The notes under the pieces are model-generated. The model ran no database searches. It saw nothing but the letters and a program-made list of their open reading frames with translations, and was not told the DNA's origin. DNA of 63,683 nt, the filler included, from Conidiobolus incongruus B7586 (Eukaryota): the NCBI GenBank assembly GCA_000697335.1. It is 49 parts of 49 records of this genome, joined end to end, with 100 filler letters (N's around TTAATTAATTAA, not from the genome) between each part and the next. Parts side by side here need not be neighbours in the genome. Positions count along the whole stretch, not along the records: positions 55,455 to 56,515 come from JNEM01001589.1; positions 56,616 to 57,748 come from JNEM01001590.1; positions 57,849 to 58,933 come from JNEM01001591.1; positions 59,034 to 60,077 come from JNEM01001592.1; positions 60,178 to 61,206 come from JNEM01001594.1; positions 61,307 to 62,527 come from JNEM01001595.1; positions 62,628 to 63,683 come from JNEM01001596.1; 42 more parts are not named here. One strand, given 5' to 3'. Shown piece after piece: positions 55,455 to 63,683 of the stretch. How positions within the stretch are numbered: the stretch's first letter is position 1; each line of letters begins with the position of its first letter. The translations under genes and the position numbers were made by a program.

Positions 55455-56515
55455 AAAATAAGTATATAAAGTAAATTTAATAGTTTTTTTGATTATTAAT
55501 AACTTTATATTTTTTTTATTTTACTTCTAATATCTAAAAAATAACTCTTTTTATTAAAAATTGAAATTTAATATTTTACAGACTAATTAAATTTTCCTAC
55601 AAAAATTTTTATTCTCTAAGCTAGTTTTTGAATTATTTAAAGAAATTATAATTATAATTGTTATAATCTAAAGAATATATTAGATTTGGTACTTTTTTCT
55701 AGCTATTTTTAATTAGGAAGTTTTTTATAGTTTCAATTTTTTATATTTTATAATTATAATACAAAATAATAAATTTTCTTAAATTATATTGAAAACACCA
55801 ATTAGAAATACTTTTATTTAAAAAAACAATATAGAATTTACTATTAATTGATTTTCCTATAAAAACTAAATAAAAATAATATATATAATTATAATTCATT
55901 ATAATAATTAATATTTATTTATTAAAAAAATATTTATTTAAAGGGATTTATAAAAAGAGTTGATTTAGCTTAATCTAACATCTTGATTTTTATTTTAATA
56001 AAAGTATATATATAAAGATTTAAGATTCAATAATTGTAATTATTTGCTATAGAAATTTAAGCTTTTGGTAATATTTTAATAAGTTCTGTTTAATAATAAT
56101 ATCTTTAGTTTTTTTAAGCTTTAGTTAAATTATAAGATATTTATTTTTTATTTTTATTTATTAATTTGAGTTTAAAGTTTAATATATATAAAATACTTAT
56201 AAAACTAATATTAAAATGTTTAGATAATTATTTAACTGAGATAAAAAGATATTTTACAATATATTTCTTTATTTTATTAATAATTGAAAAAGTGATATTT
56301 AAAGTAAATATTCTAAATTTTAATAGGTTGTGGATAGTTTTTCTCTTAGCCTTAAAGTAATTTACCTAGTAATAAATTGTTAATTTAAATAATATTTTAG
56401 TATTAAATGCTACTTATAAATTTTAAATAATTTTAAAAGACTTATAGTTATGCTTTATTGATATTAAAATAAAAAACTTTGGATGATTATTATTTGGTTT
56501 AATTATAATTATATT
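55455..56515 (-). mobile_element. mariner relic
   Basis: Reverse-complement family homology. Confidence 0.9.
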
Positions 56516-57069
56516 NNNNNNNNNNNNNNNNNNNNNNNNNNNNNNNNNNNNNNNNNNNNTTAATTAATTAANNNNNNNNNNNNNNNNNNNNNNNNNNNNN
56601 NNNNNNNNNNNNNNNAATTAACTGATTTAGTAATAAATTAAGTAATAAAAGAATTAATCTATTTAAAATTATTAAAAATACAATTTAATAATATAAAAAT
56701 TAAAATTATTTAAGATTTATAAGATTTATTTAGTTTTTCAAATTTTTTTTAGTTTATATTATAAAAAATATTAAATAGCATAAATATTCTGATTTTAATT
56801 GATAATATTAAAATATATATAATGTTAAAAATTTTAAACTTAGAGATTTAATAAAAAAGCTTTAATAATTAATTAAATAAAAAATTATACTTAAAAAAAG
56901 ATTATTTTGGAACTAAGACTTAATTATAATAATATATAATGATTGATATAAAAGTTCTATAAAAAACACCTTAATTTATTTAGAATTTAAACTTTTAAAA
57001 AGAAAAAATATAAAGATTCCTTTATTTTAATATTTTATTAATTTATTTTCAATTTATATTATATCAAAA

Positions 57070-57748
57070 TACTATAATAAATATAAAATAATAGGAATTT
57101 TTTTAATTTCTGATTTTTCAAACATATTATTAATTTGAAAAAAATAAATATATATAATAATTATCTTATTAAGAAATTAACTTTTTAAAATTGGTAATTT
57201 AATTATATTTAAAACAAATAATAATTATCAAAAGTCTTTTATTTTATTATCAATAAAACTAAACTATAAGCTCTCTAAAATTATTTATAATTAATAGATA
57301 GCTTTTAATAATAATATTTTATTTTAGTTTATAATTTATTTTTAGGTAAATTATTTTAAAGCTAAGAATGAAATTATATAAAACTTATTAAAATTTAGAA
57401 AATAAATATCAATTATCATTCTTTTAATTAATAATAAAATGAAAAAATATATTAAAAAATATATTTTTATTTCAGTTAAAGAGTTATCTAAGCAATTTAA
57501 TATTATCTGATTAGTATTTTATCTATATTGATTCTTAAACTTAAATTAATAAACAAAAATATAAAATAGATATATTATAGTTTAATTAAAACTTAGAAAA
57601 AAGCTAGAATAGCTATTATTAAATAAAAATAATTAAAATATTATCAAAAATTTAAGCTTTTATGATAAATAATTATAATAGATAAATCTTAAATTTTTAT
57701 ATATAATTTTTTATTAAAATATAAATGAAAATACTAAATTAAGCTAAA
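57070..57748 (+). mobile_element. mariner relic, 5' half
   Basis: TIR AAAATAATAGGAATTTTT; family homology. Confidence 0.88.
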
Positions 57749-57848
57749 NNNNNNNNNNNNNNNNNNNNNNNNNNNNNNNNNNNNNNNNNNNNTTAATTAA
57801 TTAANNNNNNNNNNNNNNNNNNNNNNNNNNNNNNNNNNNNNNNNNNNN

Positions 57849-58933
57849 TAAACTTAAGTGTGTTAAAATTATAAATAAATATAATAAGAAGTATATTTAT
57901 AGGTTAGTTAATATAAGCAAATATAGTATTATTATAGAGATATAGTAGGAATTATAAAACTATACAAAAATATTAGTTAGTACTAATACTATTATATATA
58001 CTTTATATTAACATAGATACCACTTATACTTTAAGCAAAAACACCCCCAATTAAAAAAATCCTATTATAAAATTAGGTAAAAGTTTAAATATCACCACTA
58101 ATGTTAAATTAAAACTAACTAAAGTAAAGTTATTTAGTTTAATAAAACAAGAATATACTTTAATAGATTTGATAGAAAAGTTAGATATTTTAAAAAAATA
58201 TAAAACTATTTTATGACTATTATGTTAATTTTACCCAAAAATATAATAGTAGGTTAATTATTATTTAGGGATATATATTGTTTTTAGGTGTAAAGTATCT
58301 TTATAAAGTTAATAGAGGAATTAATACTAAAATATACTAAAGTATTTTAAACAATATATTGAAAAAAACTATTGAATAATATAGGTTAAACAAATCTAAT
58401 ATTATTTTCTAGTCAGATAATGCTTTTTGTTATATTATAGTTTCTACTACCAAATAGCTTAAAAATAACAAAATAATAGTTATAAAGTAGTGTCTTTAAT
58501 TTTTTAACTTTAATTTAATTAAATATCTTTAGGATTAGTTAAAAAAAGTTATTAAAGTTTTCTCCTTAGTAAAAAATTTAGATTAACTTTAAAAATATGT
58601 TGAAGAAATATAGAATAAGATTAACTTTTCCTAGTGTAAAAAGTTAGTTGATTTTATACTACACAAACTTAAAAAAGTTAGAAAAGTTAAAGGTAGATAT
58701 ACTAAGTTTTAATTTGTTTTTATCACTAAAAACCTAAAAATTTATAACTTACTTTAGGTAAAATTTAAGGGTTTATATTTTAACCAATTAATAAATAAAT
58801 ATTATCATTTAATGATATATAGAAACTAATAAATATAATAGATTTTAATTATTTAATTTAGGTGTATTTTATTAAATATTAATTAAGTTATTAGTAAAAA
58901 TATAAGTGTTTTTGATTTTATAACTTACTTTTG
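57849..58933 (+). mobile_element. Tc1-like relic
   Basis: KQKHPQLKKS, KVI*FNKT (KVIWSDET), TQKYNSRLIII*G (K.GG.S.MVWG) and SDNAFCY. Confidence 0.92.
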
Positions 58934-59039
58934 NNNNNNNNNNNNNNNNNNNNNNNNNNNNNNNNNNNNNNNNNNNNTTAATTAATTAANNNNNNNNNNN
59001 NNNNNNNNNNNNNNNNNNNNNNNNNNNNNNNNNATATAT

Positions 59040-60077
59040 ATAATAGCTAAAAAAAATAAGTTATAAAATTAAAAATATAAATATTTATATTAATATCTGA
59101 ATCATTTCTAGTTTAAATAAACATTAATTGAATTACATAATTAATATATATTTTTTATTTATAATTTAATATATAGAGTCAATTATAATTAATTATTAAT
59201 TGATATATTAAAATAAAAATATTTTTAAGATTGCTTATATATTTGTGGGTTTTTATATTGATAGAAAAAAAATATCTAGTTTATCTATCTTACATTTTTC
59301 TAATTTTTTTAAATTTATAAGGTATAAAGTCAATTAGCCTCATATATTAAATAAGATTAATATTATTCTAAACTTCTTAAATATACTTTTAAAGTTAATT
59401 TAAATTATTTGTTGGGGGGAAAGCTTTAATTAATTTTTTTAATTAATCCTAAAGATATTTAATTAGGTTAAAATTACAAGATTAAAAAGGCTATTATATA
59501 ATGATTATTTTGCTATTTTTAAGCCAATTAATAATAAAATTTGTAATATAACAAATGGTATTATCTTGTTGGAAAATAATATTTAATTTATTTAACCTAT
59601 ACTACTGAATAATTTTTTTCAATTTATTATTTAAAATATTTTAGTATATTTTAGCATTAATTTTTTTATTAACCTTATAAAAACAACTTATATTTATAGA
59701 TAACATATATTCATAAACTATAATTAACCTATCATTGTATTTTTAGGTTATAATAATATAATGGTTATAAAGTAATTCTTTATTTTATTTTTGAAATCTC
59801 TAGCTTTTTAATTAAATTTATTAAGCTATATCTTTATCTTATTAGATTAAATAACCTTACTCTAGTTAATTTTGGTTCAACTTTAATATTGACATTTAAA
59901 CTCTTATCTAGCTTTATAATAGGATTTTTTTAATTAAAGGTGTTTTTTATAAAAATGTAAGCAATATTATTTTTAATATAAAACATATAAAATAATATCA
60001 GTAATAATTAATATTCTTATTTAGTTTTATAATTCTTATTGTATTTTTATAATAATATTATATTTACTTGTATTAAC
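59040..60077 (-). mobile_element. Tc1-like relic (third subfamily)
   Basis: Minus strand retains TTCCAACAAGATAATACC = FQQDNT. Confidence 0.9.
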
Positions 60078-60177
60078 NNNNNNNNNNNNNNNNNNNNNNN
60101 NNNNNNNNNNNNNNNNNNNNNTTAATTAATTAANNNNNNNNNNNNNNNNNNNNNNNNNNNNNNNNNNNNNNNNNNNN

Positions 60178-60485
60178 AAAATTTTATAGGTTTTAATATT
60201 AATAGAAATATTAATATTTATTATATCTAAATTTTGGTTTTTAATCTCTTTAAGTTTAGAATATATAAAGTTAATTAATTTTTTGTATTAAGTAACATTA
60301 TTATTATTTGAATTTTTTAAATATATTCTTAAAGTCAATTTAAATTTTTTATTAGGGGGAAATTTTTAATTAATTTTTTAATTAATCTTATAAATATTTA
60401 ACTATAATAAGAATAAAAAAATAAAGACACTTTTAAAATAATTATCTTATTATTTTTAAATTATTTAATAATAAAATTTATAATT
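60178..60485 (-). mobile_element. Tc1-like fragment truncated by unrelated sequence
   Basis: Homology to 59040-60077 ends near 60485. Confidence 0.7.
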
Positions 60486-61399
60486 ATTAAGAACTCCAAA
60501 TAATGCTTGTTTATTTAGCTCAGGTAAAACATTATAATGTTCAGCTATTTTATTAATATGATATATTATATAAGTATTAATGCTCTATAAGTAAACCACA
60601 GGTGTGGTCCAATGGTAAACCCAAATAGTCTCTTAGTCAGTGTTATCATACAAAGTATAATCCAAGGTAATATATAAACAAATAGATTTCCAAATAGAGT
60701 AGCATTTGTCTCTTTTTCTAACTTTGATGGAGGTAATAAAAGCCAGCTCCATATTGTTCAATTAATCTTAACTTTTTATTTAATAAATTATTTATTTTGT
60801 TTTTTTATCAGATGTTTTAATCACATATATTTCTTTGAGCAAAAACGCATTTTATAATATTATTGATATTAATTATAATGATAGCCAAGTCTTTACCAAG
60901 ACTTATTTCTTTTATCAAAATAAGGTGTTATTGATAATTAGCAACAAAATATAAATGATTAATGCAAAATCAATTGTTTTTAACTCAAGAAAAGCTATCT
61001 AGTCAGCTTAATTAATAATACCTTGTAAGATTATTGATATAATATTTTGGATTATAAAAAAAATATAATAAAAAATATTATTTTATTAAAAAACAATATT
61101 TAATATATTTAATTTATATTAATTAATAATTTTTATCAATTATTATATGAAATATTTTAATATATTTTAATAATAATTCATTTAATATTTTTATAAAGAT
61201 ATTTTANNNNNNNNNNNNNNNNNNNNNNNNNNNNNNNNNNNNNNNNNNNNTTAATTAATTAANNNNNNNNNNNNNNNNNNNNNNNNNNNNNNNNNNNNNN
61301 NNNNNNTTTAAGATAAAGGGATATATTTAACAATATATAACCATATTTTTTTCTTTTTTTGCTATTATTTTGTATAATATTTTACATATTTAATAAATT

Positions 61400-62527
61400 T
61401 TTTTTATTAACATCATTATACTTAAATCATTCACTAAAGAAATTCACTTGTATATCAATTAACTTTATAAAAAAATAAATTAACTTATGATATTATTAGA
61501 ATTACTAGTGCTAGTTAAATTACTACAGTTAAAGTTATTAAAAATAAAAATAAAAATATATTTAAACTTAAATTTAAGTATACTAGGATTATAAATAAAT
61601 AAAATAAAAAATATATCTATAAGTTAGTTAATATAAGCAAATGTAATATTATTATAAAAATATAACAAAAACTATAAAACTATACAAATATATTAGTTAG
61701 TATTAATACTAATATATATATTTTATATTAGCATAGATATCACTTATATTTTCAGAAAAAATACCCCCAACTAAAGAAATCTCATTATAAAGTTAAATAA
61801 GAGTTTAAATGTCATTATTAATATTAAACTAAAATTAATTAGTGTAAGGTTATTTAGTTTGATAAAATAATGATATATTTTAATAAATTTGATAAAAAAA
61901 TAAGATACTTAATAAAAGATACAAAACTACTTTATAAATATTATATTAATTTTACTTAAAAATATAATGATGGGTCAATTATTATTTAGGGATATATATT
62001 GTCTTTAAATATAAAATATATTTATAAAGCTAATAAATGAATTAATATTAGAATATATTAAAGTATTTTAAATAATAAATTAAAAAAACTTTTGAATAAT
62101 ATAGGTTAAACATATCTAATATTATTTTTTAATAAGATAATACCTTTTATTATATTATAGCTTCTTTTACCAAATAGCTTAAAAATAACAAAATAATAAT
62201 TATGAAATAACTTTTTCAATTTTTTAATATTAACTTAATTAAATACCTTTAAGATTAGTTAAAAAAAGCTATTAAAGTTTTCCCTTAGTAAAAGATTTAA
62301 ATCAATTTTAAGAATATATTTAAGAAGTATAGAACAAAATTAACCTTTTTTAATATAAAAAATTAATTGATTCTATATCCTATAAACTTAAAAATATAGG
62401 AGAAGTTAAAAATAGATATACTAAGTTTTAATTTTTTTTATCACCAAAAACCTACAAATTTATAACTTATCTAAGGTAAAATTTAAAGGTCTATATTTTA
62501 ACCAATTAATAACTAAATATTATCATA
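61400..62527 (+). mobile_element. Tc1-like relic
   Basis: Family homology throughout. Confidence 0.9.
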
Positions 62528-62627
62528 NNNNNNNNNNNNNNNNNNNNNNNNNNNNNNNNNNNNNNNNNNNNTTAATTAATTAANNNNNNNNNNNNNNNNN
62601 NNNNNNNNNNNNNNNNNNNNNNNNNNN

Positions 62628-63683
62628 AATATATTATTAGTTTTAAATGAATAGATATATACAAAATAAATTGAAGTTTATAAATTTTTAATTTATATAT
62701 ATATAATATATTTTTTTGATTAAAAGATTAATTTTTTAAAATTTGTTGTTTAATTTAATTATACTAAAACAAATAATAATCATCAAAAGTTTTTTATTTT
62801 GGTATTAGTAAAACCTAACCATAAACCCTCTAAAATTATTTAAAATTTACAAATAACTTTTGATAATAAAACATTATTTAAATAAATTATTTATCACTAG
62901 ATAAACTATTTTAAGATAAAAAGAGAAACTATCTAAAACTTGCTAAAATTTAAAAAATTAACTTTAACTATCACTTTTTTATTTTAGTTAAAAAATTATC
63001 TAAATATTTTAATATTAGTTTTATAAGTATTTTATATATATTAAGGTTTAAACTTAAATAAATAAATAAAAAATAAAATAGGTACCTTATAATTTAACTA
63101 AAGAAAAAAACTAAAATAGCTATAGTTAAACAAAACTTACTAAAGTATTAATAGAAACTTAAGCTTTTATTGTAAATAATAACAATTGATAAATCTTAAA
63201 TCTTTATATATAATTCTTTATTAAAATATAAATCAAATTGCTAGGTTAAGTTAATACAACCCTTTTTACAAATCTTTTTAAATAAGTATTTTATTAATAA
63301 ACATATGTTAATTATTATAATGGATTATGATGATATATGCTATTTTTATATAATTCTTGAAAAAAAATCAATTAATAGTAGGTTTATTATTATTTTTCTA
63401 AATAAAAGTATTTTTAAATAATATTCTTAATATAATATAAGAAAACCTATTATTTTGCCTAATAATTATAAAATATATAAATTTAAAGTCATTAAAATTT
63501 TTTAATTAAAAAAAACTAGAAAAAACTACCATATCTAGTATATTCTTTTGATTATAACCTATGTGATTATAATTGCTTTAAGTAATTAAAAAACCAGCTT
63601 AAAAAAATATTTCTATAAAAAATTTAATTAATTTATATATATTAAATTTTAGTCTTTAATAAAAAAGAATTGTTTTTTAGGTA
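62628..63683 (+). mobile_element. mariner relic
   Basis: *VPYNLT and DYNLCDYNCF motifs. Confidence 0.9.

Noticed and set aside
56166..56360. 64-aa ORF on the plus strand
   Set aside because: Antisense to a mariner relic, with I/K/N/F/L-biased composition from AT richness.
1780..62583. Regularly spaced palindromic TTAATTAATTAA as a CRISPR-like or recombination repeat array
   Set aside because: Always centred in exactly 44+44 Ns, so it is a synthetic six-frame-stop linker.
1..63683. Mitochondrial, plastid or AT-rich bacterial origin, or an alternative genetic code
   Set aside because: No organellar or bacterial genes. Eukaryotic TEs and tRNA-Ile(AAT) are present, and stops fall at different positions in different copies, as expected from mutation rather than recoding.

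Overview
This is not one continuous locus. It is an artificial concatenation of 49 short (about 1.0-1.7 kb), extremely AT-rich contigs joined by 48 identical 100-bp spacers (N44-TTAATTAATTAA-N44, stops in all six frames). The contigs are a eukaryotic, most likely fungal, transposon graveyard, heavily degraded by C-to-T / G-to-A transitions (RIP-like). About 21 copies or fragments belong to one mariner family with reconstructable DD34D spacing, and about 20 to one Tc1 family with DD34E spacing. There are also three ~400-bp solo LTRs with perfect 5-bp target-site duplications, a fourth LTR still attached to a Ty3/Gypsy chromodomain-integrase end, other Gypsy pol fragments and probable LINE remnants. 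The only intact gene I can support is a tRNA-Ile(AAT). A few GC-richer single-copy islands survive, including a two-intron gene remnant with weak resemblance to the REC114 N-terminal domain. I see no intact protein-coding gene, CRISPR array or clearly novel functional system. TE boundaries are approximate unless a TSD or TIR is quoted, and all protein motifs were read by eye after reversing transitions.
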